In this document: positions 13,585 to 25,674 of the stretch, piece after piece
Layout: the number at the start of each line of letters is the position of its first letter
Numbering within the stretch: position 1 is the first letter of the stretch
Source of the DNA: Octopus sinensis
Taxonomy: Eukaryota
Assembly (NCBI RefSeq): GCF_006345805.1
Contig: NW_021835963.1
Span: 124,001-188,000, forward strand
DNA length: 64,000 nt
Direction: 5' to 3'
Made by a program: the position numbers and the translations under genes
The notes under the pieces: generated by a model
What the model was told of the DNA's origin: nothing
The model's input: the letters and a program-made list of their open reading frames with translations, nothing else
Database searches by the model: none

Positions 13585-14800
13585 GCAGTGATTCACCACA
13601 ACCTCTTGCGAACCTACGGTTTCCAAAAATTCTTGGTGAATCCATCGGTTCTACCCGTCATTGAGGGTGCCCCATCAGTAGTCAGGCCACGCAGTTTAGA
13701 AGGGTCACGTCGAAACCTCTCCATGAACTTCAAGATTTGTTCACTAATATCTTGTCCAGTGCTTGCTGAAGACATACTGGCCACGTCCCAAAATTCTTCA
13801 GTTATTTCAAAATTGTCAGTAACTCCTCCTACGAACAGAACCAATTGTACAATGTCACTTACATCTGTGTTTTCATCAAGAGCCAAACTATATGCTGCAC
13901 ATCTATTTATCCTTTCGTTTAAAGTTTCTTCGATATTTTCTGCTAGTTGATTTATTCTGCACGAAACAGTAAAACGAGACAGACTGGTTTGCTGCAATAA
14001 ATGTTTCTTTTCGGGACCTGCAAATCTCTCTATATATAAAGCTGAAGTTGTCTGTGTATGGCAAGTTTGGTAGCCTTCAACTAACACTATCTCCTCCGAG
14101 ACCCTGCGGCGCAAGTTGACCAAAATTGAGAGTATGATAGAAGAAGGCTTGCTCTTCCTTCCGTAGAAGAAAAAATTCAAATCGAACCATGTTAACACCA
14201 AAAATTATTTACATCAAAAAGGTGCTTTTTTTTCTATGAAAATCCCTAATTTTTATGATTTTTTGACTGCTGTGTCGCCATTTTTCGGTGTATTTCAACC
14301 AGAAAATTGTTCACTTAAAGAGAATAACAAGCTACATAATGCAAAATTTTTACTCTTCAAAAATTCCAATTCTAAAGGGTCGAAACAAACCCGAGCAACG
14401 CCGGGCGATACTGCAAGTCAGTAAATATACCCAAGCAACTTTTTATGAATTCTCCATCACTGAAGGGTTCCCTTTTCTTCGATTGATTTACAGATTTCGA
14501 AGTTAAGCTTTGTTACAAGCCCAGAGTCTTGTAAGCAATAAGGAATATGTCGATATTCCTTATTGCTTCTTAATCGACTTGGTCACCTGTTCTAGTGTGT
14601 TCACTCGCGCTTGACCTACCAATGTATCATATATGGTTGAATGTTTCGTTGTATAATGACGTTTAATGTTGTATTCTTTCATTATGGCTATTGCAGTTGG
14701 GCAGATTACACATACAACACCTTTGTTGAGCTGAACAACTAAATATTTCTTATTCCAGTCATTGTTTAATATTCTTCTCTCGTCAATTTTCCGGGGGTTT
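13585..14800 (-). mobile_element. hAT transposase remnant (SPIN/GTF2IRD2-like), split by Helitron-like copy 2
   Basis: VCVICPTAIAIMKEYNIKRHYTTKH (BED-like), YSLALDENTDVSDIVQL, LTTDGAPSMTG and HCII motifs. Confidence 0.85.
14025..14417 (+). mobile_element. Non-autonomous Helitron-like element, copy 2 (different internal sequence)
   Basis: TCTCTCTATATATAAA start; acccgagcaacgccgggcgatactgcAAG end; interrupts the hAT reading frame at an A|T site. Confidence 0.75.
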
Positions 14801-14948
14801 TTTTGCAGCAGATATCTTTACCAGCATAAAACATAAACAATATTAAAACAGTTTGAATTATCATAAAGGCGAAAGGGAAGGGCTCAAAAAGTGCAATTTT
14901 GTAGAAATTTGAATTGATGGGCTGTGATCTAGCAACTATAAGAAAGGA

Positions 14949-15335
14949 GGAGGCGCAATGGCCCAGTGGTTAGGGCAGCGGACTCGCGGTCGTAGGATCG
15001 CGGTTTCGATTCCCAGACCGGGCGTTGTGAGTGTTTATTGAACGAAAACACCTAAAGCTCCATGAGGCTCCGGCAGGGATGGTGGTGATCCCTGCTGTAC
15101 TCTTTCACCACAACTTTCTCTCACTCTTACTTCCTGTTTCTCTTGTACCTGTATTTCAAAGGGCCGGCCTTGTCACTCTCTGTGTCACGCTGAATATCCC
15201 CGAAACTACGTTAAGGGTACACGTGTCTGTGGAATGCTCAGCCACTTACACGTTAATTTCACGAGCAGGCTGTTCCGTTGATCACATCAACCGGAACCCT
15301 CATCGTCGTAACCGACGGAGTGCTTCCATCCATCC
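14949..15335 (+). mobile_element. tRNA-derived SINE, family S3 (ggaggcgcaatggcccagtgg head); other copies 46257-46635(-) and 59099-59379(-)
   Basis: A-box tggcccagtgg, B-box ggtttcgattcc; shared body across three copies. Confidence 0.85.
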
Positions 15336-15565
15336 ATAAGAAAGGAATAATAAATTCAAATCCAAGTCTCTTTGTGTAGCTTCAATGTCAAAAATGCGAC
15401 GTCCTTGACATTTTGTCAGGTCGACTCGAAAACTGGAAAGTTTGTCTCATTGCTACGAAACAAAAATCGAAATTAGCGTACGAGGTAAAAAAAAGAAAAT
15501 AATAATAATAAAACCGGTTAGCGAGGGCCGCCTGTTGCACACTCTTGGCTTAGAATGTAACTTAC

Positions 15566-15847
15566 CCGACAACGAACAGAATAAGCGTCATTCTGCGAGC
15601 CAATGAATTCGTAAATATTGTGAGGTATCCTTCTTTTTTGACTTCTTGTTGCTGTGACAGTTTTTCTTTGGATGATATCATAGAGTCTTTGTTCTTGACT
15701 GTGATTAATGGAATCAAATTAGTTTCTATCTTGTCCCAAATCGGGCCGAAATCAACGCCATTTTCTTTGGCAACTCGTTTGATTACCTTCTTGGATCTTT
15801 CAAAATCTCCATTGGTGACCAACCAGCGCAGAGATTCTTCAAGGTAC
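15566..15847 (-). CDS. SLC22 gene A exon 5 (YLEESLRWLVTNG...RMTLILFVVG)
   Basis: Acceptor ctcaag, donor gtaagt; ES.RWL motif. Confidence 0.93.
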
Positions 15848-16265
15848 CTTGAGAAAATAGAATCAAAATTTCCTTTCACAAGAGAACAGAAATAGGGACA
15901 ACAGCACATTCATACTTCTTTCGCGTTTCTTTTCTTTAACTGTCTGTCTGTATGTATGTATATATGTATGTGTGTATGTGTGTATGTACATTCGTACGTA
16001 TGTATATATGTGTGTATGTGTATATGTGTTTGTGTGTATGCGAGTATGTATTCTTGTATGTGTGCATGTATGTCTCTCTCTCTCTCTCTCTCTCGTTCGG
16101 ACGCTCTTCTGTTTTACGACTTCTGCTCATGATGGTAACGACGATGACGACGATGATGATGATGACGTCGACGGTGATGACGACAATGTTGGTGATGATG
16201 ACATGAGGGCAATAGCGATAACAGGTTATGATGATGATGATGATGGCAATCATGATGGCGATCAA

Positions 16266-16308
<43 letters not shown>

Positions 16309-16493
16309 TTGGTAGTGGTGATCGTAGTGATCAGGGTGGTGATGGTTGGGTTGATTGTGGCGGTTATGATGATGGTGATTGTGGTGATGGTGGAGGAAGA
16401 GAATGGTGATTATGGAGGCGATGGTAGTGATTTTTTGCTTCTTTTTTTTTTACTGTGTTAATTGATTCTGGAAAGAAAGCGTAACAATCTTAC

Positions 16494-16696
16494 CACAATT
16501 GGAAGAATACTATGACGTGGCTGCTTGAATACACGATATTATTGATTTTCCAACTGTAGTTACGAAGCAAATAGGCAACTGGTGCAAAGGGCAAGACACA
16601 CAGGCCCCAGGTGACACCACTCATACCACTCATCAGCGTACGATGCGAAACTGGATACAGCTCCAACATAAGAGTGTAAGTTGCTACAGCAAGGCC
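16494..16696 (-). CDS. SLC22 gene A exon 4 ([20 protein letters not shown]...LLRNYSW...FFQLW)
   Basis: Acceptor ctgacag, donor gtaaga; phase 0 to 2. Confidence 0.9.
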
Positions 16697-16715
16697 CTGT
16701 CAGAATAGGAACATG

Positions 16716-16817
<102 letters not shown>

Positions 16818-16879
16818 TATGTATACATGTGTATAGATATGACAATATATATATGTGTGTGTGTGTATTTACAGATACC

Positions 16880-16911
<32 letters not shown>

Positions 16912-17087
16912 TATATAAATTTTATTTCGTAACGAGATAAAAAAAAACAAGGCTGTGTAGATTTTAGAACATTTATAGACAGAAGGTCTTACACCTGTTT
17001 CCAGGATATTTGTTATATCTCTTCATCGGAGGATGGTTATTCAGTATTACTTGGCACCTTTGGGTCTCAATGACACCATTACCTCTC

Positions 17088-17152
<65 letters not shown>

Positions 17153-17339
17153 TACATTGAAAAATGCGGGCACATGCATGTTAATATTCTTAAGTTATTA
17201 CACCTGGAAAATTATAAAACAAGATTCCTACATGGTTGCTATTTCTACACAAATTGCACATTTTAATTCATTAAGAGATCGAGGACGATGACTGAAAACT
17301 TTTGATTTTAAATATCCCCACAAGAAGAAATCACATTTC

Positions 17340-17567
17340 ACCATTCCAGAAGAAATGATCCATAGAGTTATCGATAACTTTCATGAACGTCTCCAACAGT
17401 GTGTTGACAAGGATGGGAAGCATTTAGCTGATTTAATTTTCAAAACTCAATGAAATAAAATGGCATTATATGTACATTCAGAAAATGAAATTTTTCTTTT
17501 TCTTATTTCTTATTTTGTGCTTTTATTAAGCCTCCAAATGTGTCAGATCATTTTGGTCCACCCTATA
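17340..17567 (+). mobile_element. Tc1/mariner 3' remnant with TIR; an inverted partial copy lies at 19550-19655
   Basis: IPEEMIHRVIDNFHERLQQCVDKDGKHLADLIFK*; terminus gatcattttggtccaccctaTA. Confidence 0.7.
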
Positions 17568-17580
17568 TATATATATATCA

Positions 17581-19520
17581 GTCCCATGAAAAGGAGAGAG
17601 CAGATAAAGAAGCTTGGGTAATAGAAAATAGAAAATCAAACCCTAAAGCTTTCTTTAAGTTTGCCAAAGAGACAGCCACAGTGCATCAGAGAATAAGAAC
17701 TCTCTTCCAAAAAGATGGCTCTCTCACAGAAATCCCACGATGATAAGTGAAATACTGAACGAACAATTCCAAAGTGTGTTCACTACACCTCTAGGACACA
17801 GGCAAGTAAACAACCCAGAAGAATTCTTTGCCACTTTACCTGCGGCCAAAGAGGCAAAAATTGAGTACATCAATTGATGATATCACACTAGACATAGATG
17901 AGATTGACATAAACTCAGCTGCTGGACCTGATGGATTCCCAGCGATCCTTCTCAAATCGTGCAAACGAGCCCTTGCAAAACCGCTACAGCTTCTTTTTCA
18001 GAGCTTTCTTGCAAGTGGCAAGCTCCCAGTCAAATTGAAAGAAGGGGTAATATGCCCTATCCATAAGGGAGGTAGCAGAGCAGATGCTAAAAATTATAGG
18101 CCTATCTCTCTGACCTCACACATCAGCAAAGTCATGGAACGAATAGTCCGTAAGAAACTAATCATGTTCCTTGAAGAAAATGACTTGCTGTCTGACACCC
18201 AGCATGGATTTCGACCAGGTAGAAGCTGCCTAACACAGCTCCTGCAACACTATGGCTGGGTGTTGAAACAGCTACTAAATGGCTCAAATGTGGATGTAAT
18301 ATATCTCGACTTTGCAAAAGCCTTTGATAAAGTCGACCATGGTATGATCTGTCACAAACTGCGTGGTCTCGGCATAGGCGGAAAACTTGGAGAGTGGCTG
18401 CACAACTTCCTAAAAGACAGAAGACAGGCAGTTGTGAGCAATGGAACCACCTCCAAGGAAACACAAACAACAAGCGGTGTCCCACAGGGCACTGTCTTGG
18501 GGCCACTATGAACATCAGTGGCCCTTTCAGACATGCCTTCAGTTGCTACGATGGCCACCCTTGCTAGCTATGCAGATGACGCATCTTCAACAGGTGGTGG
18601 ACACAATATACAGGTGGGCTGAGGACAACAACATGCAGTTTAATGCAGGTAAGTTCCAGGCCTTGCGCTACCGGCACACAAAGGTAAACGACGTGCAGAC
18701 TGGATACACTGGCCCAGGAAGAATTGCAATCCCTGAGTCAAAATCAGTGTGTGACCTGGGCATTGACATGAGCAATGATGCATCTTTCCAAGTGCATATT
18801 ACTAATCTGGTGATAAAATGCAGACGGCTAGCTGGATGGATTCTCCGAACTTTCAGAACAAGAGAGAAGGAGACACTGATGGTCCCATGGAAAACATTCG
18901 TCCTCAGCCGCTTGGACTACTGCTCCCAACTATGGTCACCACACAATATAAAACTAACAGCAGAACTCGAAGCAATTCAGAGAAGCTACACAAAGAAAAT
19001 CGTCTCAATGCAAAATATCAGCTACTGTGAAAGACTGAAAGTATTAAACCTCTTCTCTCTAGAGCGGAGGCGGGAGAGATATGCGGTGATATACATCTGG
19101 AAAATCCTGGAGGGTCTTGTCCCAAACTTTGGCATTCAAAGTTACCCCAACCGCAGAACGGGGCGCCACTGCATGGTGCCAAAGGTTCCAACATCACCAT
19201 CAAAATACAGGTCCAGATACTGCAACAGCTTGGGTTTCAGAGGACCACAGCTCTTTAACATCCTCCCTAAATGCCTGAGAGACTTACATGGTGTGGATGT
19301 GGGTTTCTTTAAAACTAAACTGGATCTCTTCTTGTCGAGAGTCCCAGATGAACCTACCTCACGACAGGAGACGCAGATGCGGGCAGCAGCATCGAACTCC
19401 CTTGTTGATCAAGTGCCACGTATCAGAGGTGGATTCACATACTAGTGTAGCTCATTCAGCGGTGGTGCCCCAGCATAGCCGCGACCTTCGGGCTGAAACA
19501 TTTTTAAGGATTTAAGGATT
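17581..19520 (+). mobile_element. 5'-truncated CR1/Jockey-superfamily LINE, reverse transcriptase pseudogene with intact 3' end
   Basis: ORFs 17828-18511 and 18441-19445: NYRPISLTS, QHGFRPGRSCLTQL, YLDFAKAFDKVDH, GVPQGTVLGP, YADD, RLDYCSQLWSP; frameshifts; tail (TTTAAGGA)n. Confidence 0.92.
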
Positions 19521-19551
<31 letters not shown>

Positions 19552-20652
19552 TACATTTCATTAAGTTTTTAAAATTAAATCAGCTAAAAGCTTCCCATCT
19601 TTGTCAACACACTGTTGGAGACGTTCATGAAAGCTATCGATAATTCTATGGATCGTGGGTCCGCGAGCACACATGTGAGCGTATGACTAGACTATGAAAT
19701 TTTAATCTTATTTTACATAAGTAGCAGAATTATAGCACAGTAATTTCCCTTTATATAACGGTATTTTTTCATAGCGTTTTTTCTGATGACCAGATAACCG
19801 AAAAGATGGTGTTGTAGATTTCTACTTCGTCATCTAAAACTTATCTAAAACTTATCTTTATCTTGACTATTGAGTAATTGTAACATTATTTTATAGATAA
19901 ATTTCCTCTATTTATATAATATTGAGGTCTCTTTCTTTTGTTATCTTACCGTTTTTACCAATATATATATATATATATATTTCACTTAGATATTGTCGGT
20001 ATATTTCTACTGAAGAGTATCAAGAAATTTTTATTACAAAACACAAAATCTTAAGATATAGAGTTGTCCGAAATCTTATGAATATCCTTGTCCATTTCCT
20101 CGCATTCAGCCTTGTGCAAAAACGGAGAACGCATTTAGAATGGTTTGTAGACATTTGGATTCTACTTCTAGCGTATTGGCGTTGTCCCTCCAGCGCACTT
20201 AGTTATAATTATATATTTATAATTATACACTTAAATATTAATGTCTTTATTAAAGATATCTTCTTTTATCTTCGACTTGTGTCAGTCAGACGATTGCAGC
20301 CATCCTGGGGCATTGCCTTGAAGGGTTTTAGTCGAACAAGTCTACTGAGGTACTTCGAACCGCTAATTAGATGGGACATAACCAAATCAAAATGAGTGTT
20401 AAAATTGATGTTATCAAATTAGTATCCAATTTTTTCACCCTCATTTTGATTTTAATTTTTAATTAATACGTTCTCAAACAGGCGAAAACTACTGCAGTGA
20501 ATTATTTATGCAGTATTTATTTCCGGTAATTTAGCGCGCCTGAACGAAGACTTTTGAAAAAAACCGCAAATATAATAGGTAGAACTACATGCATTTTCGA
20601 CCTCGTGTTGATATCTGGCGTGAAGTTCTTCAAATTATATTCTGCATAGACG

Positions 20653-20729
20653 ATCATACTGACGATCTACAGATAAATTGTGTAAGTAAAATTACGTAAT
20701 TTGTTGATAGTGAAACAATTGTTTATGAT
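20653..20729 (+). ncRNA. Candidate type I hammerhead ribozyme motif
   Basis: Stem I ATCATA/TATGAT, core CTGACGA...GAAA, palindromic ACAATTGT helix III, GUU cleavage triplet, long imperfect stem II. Confidence 0.5.
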
Positions 20730-20883
20730 TAATCTATATCTTTATTACTTTTCCTTTGTCTTGCTCGTTTATGTTTCTGGTGTGCTAAAATTTTCTGGAG
20801 AACAATTCTTAGTGGTTAAGGCCACAGCGGATCTTCTTCTAGCATAAGGGTTTCCACATAGTGGTTAAAAAAATTCCCACTTA

Positions 20884-20984
<101 letters not shown>

Positions 20985-21012
20985 ATCTGTATGTGTGTAT
21001 TTGAGACCTTAC

Positions 21013-21243
21013 CTGCATAGAGATTCCTTCCAGCACACGAAAAACTATAAAGACATAGTAATTCGGAGAAAAGCTCGATGAGAACGAGAAGATAAAAAGT
21101 AAGATATTGCTGATGACTAATACTGGCTTCCTTCCTTTTGTATCAGAAAAGTAAGGCAGAGTCAGCGCTCCAATCAAGCCACCAACTGAGAATAATGTTT
21201 GAGTGAGCTCAGATAATCCGGCTTTGTCGCATACGAGGTCCCA
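21013..21243 (-). CDS. SLC22 gene A exon 3 ([10 protein letters not shown]...DTKGRKPV...VLEGISMQ)
   Basis: Acceptor tttcag, donor gtaagg; 77 codons; WDLVC signature. Confidence 0.95.
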
Positions 21244-22458
21244 CTGAAAATTAACAAAAACAACAAAATCAATAAAGTGCCAAATTATGTTTTACAAATG
21301 TAGAGAAATGTCTTTCTTTTTTTCTTTTTCTTTCTTTTTTTTTTGCTGGTGGTGGAGAATATTTTTCATATTTTCTTATATTTTAAGTAAAGATTGAAAG
21401 AATACGATCGTGAATACAAACAGCCGAAACATATGTTGTCTTTTTTTTCATTTTGCTTGTTTCAGTCATTGGACTGTGGCCATGCTACAGCGTCGCCTTG
21501 AAGAAATTTCGTCGAACGAATTGATTGCCCTAAGCATGGTACGAATTCTATCGAATCCTTATACAGAACCGGTAAGTTACGGGGACGTAAACAAACCAAA
21601 ACCGACTTCAAGCAGGCGTAAGGAACAAGCACAAACACAAAGACACATACAGACACGCGCGCGCGCACACATATTCTTTCTACTAGAAGCACAAGACCTA
21701 AAATTTTCGCGAGGGGACTAATCGATCATCGATTGGTACTTATTTAATCGATCCCGAAAGGATGGAAAGCAAAGTCTGTGTGTCAATTTGTTGGCCTATG
21801 GGAAACATCATGTCATGGTAGAATAAAATTGAACAAAAATAAAACAGAATTCTTTTTAGGAGAAATGGAAGCTTGTTTGATGTTTCGAGCCTATGCTCTT
21901 AAACAGAAGGGGATGAAGGTAAAAGATGGACGGAAAGGGGAAAAAAATAACAGAGAAAAAAAAACGTGTCTGGTGTAATTTATTTCAAAGCAAAATAAAG
22001 TGACGTAATTCGCATACATACAATAATCTACGAGGCCATAGCTTGTGGCTTTCGATTTTGATGTCAAACAAAATGCTCAACGGCATTTCTCACGGTTTTA
22101 TGTTCTGAGTTCAAGTCTCACCGAGGTAGACTTTGTCTTTCGTCAAAACAAGTACCAGTTAATCATTGGGGGTCGATGTAATCGACTTCCCCTTCCCCTA
22201 AATTTCAGGCCTTGTGCTTATAGCAGAAAGGATTACGCTGAATCTCTAGCGTATCGGACAAAATGCTTTGTGGCATTTCCTCCGGATTGACGTTCCGAGA
22301 GCAAGTTTCACCGAAATCGAATCTGCCTTTCATCCTTTCGGGGTTGATAAAATAAGGATCATTCAAGTACTGAAGCCGATGCAATCGACAAGGCTCCTCC
22401 CGCAGTATTTCAAGCCTTGTATAGTAGAGTAGAAATAACAAGTATTATTTAAGCTAAG

Positions 22459-22680
22459 GTGGAGGCGTGTGGCTCAGTGGTTAGAGTATCGTTAGATTGT
22501 GGTTTCGATTCCTGGACCGCGCGATGCGTTGTGTTCTTGAGCAAAACACTTCATTTCACGTTGCTCCAGTCCACTCAGCTGGCAAACATAAGTAAACCTG
22601 CGATGGACTGGCGTCCCATCCCAGTGGAGAATATATACACCATTGAAACCGGGACACCTGTCCTCATAAGCCTGGCCTGG
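22459..22680 (+). mobile_element. tRNA-derived SINE, family S4 (duplicated at ~46960-47171, -)
   Basis: A-box tggctcagtgg, B-box ggtttcgattcc, body ttgtgttcttgagcaaaacacttcatttcacg. Confidence 0.75.
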
Positions 22681-23512
22681 ATCGAGAAGGATATGTTTAT
22701 TTTATATAAGGCGGCGAGCTGGCAGAATCGTCAAAGCCTCGGGTAAAATGCTTAGAAGAGATTTAGGTTCTACATTTTGAGTTCAAATTCTGACGAGGTG
22801 GACTTTGCCTTTCACCTTTTTGAAGTCTACAAAATAAGTACCAGTTGAGCACTGGAGTCGATGTAACCGACTTACACACACCACATTAAGATTCTAGCGA
22901 AAGTTGAACCCTTTATTAATTTTTGTGTGTCATGAAATGCGTATTATAAGGAATTCTCACCAGTTTTGTATTTAGTTATATATAAGTCCAACTGTTCATG
23001 TCGAGGTATTATTTTATCAATTTTTTTATCTCAGAAGTTATATTTTTTTCAGTTGTATTACATTAGATCCTATTTTAAAGTCTATTTTTATGTACAAATT
23101 TATCTGTCACATAATATCGCATGAGGTTCAGGTACCGTAATCAAACCTCCACTTATACGATCATGAGGTTTCTGTTTTGTATATCGATACATCTAAGTTG
23201 AAGTGCACTATCTAGGGCGATCTAGGAAGCAGTTTTAAGTTCTAAGTTATTTCCACAAATAACAAATGCTCGTTCATTTAGCAAGAAATTATGTTAAGAG
23301 GTCAAGGTAATCGATTTACGCCATGGCCTCAAAATTACTGACCAAGATTTGAAATTTGAAACCGATGTATTAGTATTCCTTTTGTTTCTTCTCGATTGCA
23401 AATAATACTGCTTTCGTTTCGGTATTTCAAGTCAACCATGATGCTTATATAACATTCCCCACTTTTTCCACTTGAAGTCTCAAATGCTCATGTATACCCA
23501 CAATAAGATATA

Positions 23513-23717
23513 TCTTCTTTATATATAAAAGTCAAGTTGTGTGTCTGTCTCCTACGATTTAGATTCCTAACTACTCAACGATTTAAAAAAAATTTACCAT
23601 AATTTTTTTTCCATTTTTAATGCATTTTTTTTTGCTATTTTTTTGGCTATAACTCTCTAAAAATGCTTTATAGTTATTTCCCTTACAAACCCGAGCAACG
23701 CCGGGCGATACTGCTAG
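23513..23717 (+). mobile_element. Non-autonomous Helitron-like element, copy 3
   Basis: TC...cccgagcaacgccggg...CTAG inserted at A|T with no TSD; empty site visible at 45308-45326. Confidence 0.9.
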
Positions 23718-25468
23718 TTATGTTTAAAAGACGAGATGGTCATGCATTTAGCAGCCTCAGTAGTAAGATAATGGTGGGTCAAGAATCGATTATCGTTTAG
23801 CTTGTATCACTGAAATTTTGTGTAACAAAACACGATTTTCTGAAATTCGTTGAAGATAATGAATTTGCCACGAAAGATTATATAACCCCGGACATTCCAA
23901 ACTTTTTACATTAGTGTCCCGCTTTTTTGAAACACAAATTTTCCTGATGCATTAAGTTTTCTTCGATTTACCTCAAATCAAAGAAATTAACAAATAAACA
24001 ATTAAAAATATTCTCTCTCTCACCCACTCCTCTTCCTCCCCTTCTCTAAAACAAATCGTCTGCGTTTTTACTCAGAGAGGGACGGGCTTCGCATGTTCGT
24101 GTACGCAAAACACTCCGTATCTCGTGGCGGCATTATTACGATTCCATGAAGAAGTGAAGAGAAGAGACAATTGACTATCGTACCATGTCGCCTTACTCGT
24201 GTGGTATGACAGTCACCAGATTTTACTTAATTTTGTGGCACATCAAGGGATTATCGCCGACATTCTAACGTGTTGCGGCACATCGTTTCATAATCTCTTG
24301 TATAGTCTATTGAATTTAGCGCGGTTATAAACTTGCACTTATTTTTATCGTCCTCTTCGGGATTCGAACCTACAAAGGAGAAGCCGATCATTTAGACTAT
24401 TTTAATTCAACATTTGTAATCTGTCACTCCAACGTTTAACCCATTTGGGGAACCCATCGATCATAAGTGATGATGCAACTTCACACGTATGCACTGGCCA
24501 GGGCGGGAGTTTTCTTTAGAAGCCCCACTAGTATCTCATATATATAGGTTCCCTGCTCTTCATGACACCGCTGTATATCCAAGGGAAAGATCGTAGGCGT
24601 AGGGCTGATGTTGTTCAAGCTCCAGCGTTGTCGCAGACATCGCTATCAGAACGGAAAGGTCTGAAACGAATCCCACAGCGTAACCCGTCCGACGCTCAAA
24701 TTATTTCTTGGATTTGTCCTTGCTTATCGACCCCGAAAGAATGGAAATTACAAAGTTAGCCGCAACGGGATTTGAACTCAAATCGTAGAGAGCTGAAACA
24801 TATGCTTTAACGACTTTGCCAATTCGTTGCCTCAACAACCTCAAGAAATAAAGTGCCTTTAGGATAATATAAGAAAACAGCAGACAAAGGTAAAGGTCAT
24901 TTCTAGAAGACTTATCTCTTAATTGTTAAAGAAGGAAAAATTTGCGTCCTTCTAGCGGGGCCCTTCTGTTGCAAGCATGTGAACCAGATGGCCATTCTGA
25001 GAATAGTTTCATCCTGCCACTCTCAGTGACCCATGAAAAGGGCTAAGGAAGCTGTTCTTGCTTCTTTCATTGAGCCATTAACCCTTTCATTGCATTATCA
25101 AATTTCTTGGTCATATCTTACTGATATTGTTCACCCAAACACACACATATACACAATGATAATAGAAATTATATTTTCTACGTCTCCAACACTATCAGTA
25201 TCTCCTGTACGTTTGGGTTTCATATTCTTGCTCTGTAAAGAGACAGTTGAAGAATTATGTGAAATAAGGAAAATCTGAGAAATTGACCTTTATAAAAAGC
25301 GCCACCAAGAGTGTCTCTACTTCTCGCAGTATATGGAGAGGATTTCTTTTTTCAAAGCCGTGGGTAATCCCGCTTTCCGCAATTAAGGCTAATTAACATT
25401 TTGAGAGGATTTCCGCATTCAAAGAGTTAAAAAAAAACATGGTAAGTAAAGATTTTTAAGCTGCTTAC

Positions 25469-25674
25469 CTCCGACACAAAAGATTGATGTTTTCCTTCAT
25501 CGTAAGTATATCCGTTAATACATGCTAACGTGCGGTTCGAACTGTTACTGCTCCGACTGAATATTTCTATCTGACATTTTCCGTACACTACGTCGTGAGT
25601 ATCGTTGCTCTCGTAGCCGTAGTCGTACAATTGAGATATGTTCAAATTAGCACATCTGGAAGTGGGGATTGAAC
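25469..25674 (-). CDS. SLC22 gene A exon 2 (extracellular loop GSIPTSRCANLN...CINGYTYDEGKHQSFVSE)
   Basis: Acceptor tttcag, donor gtaagc; phase 1 to 0. Confidence 0.92.

Larger units (their letters stand above)
21774..24414. repeat. Left arm of long inverted duplication (partner 44636-47850)
   Basis: Reverse-complement match including unique non-repeat sequence; twin ORFs 22205-22441(-) and 47191-47433(+). Confidence 0.95.

Noticed and set aside
14949-15025. tRNA gene (also the heads at 22459, 54613 and 59310-59379)
   Set aside because: A/B boxes are present, but there is no proper acceptor stem and each continues into a SINE body.
19783-19810. Hammerhead-like CTGATGA...GAAA
   Set aside because: No stem II pairing and no GUH/stem I partner.
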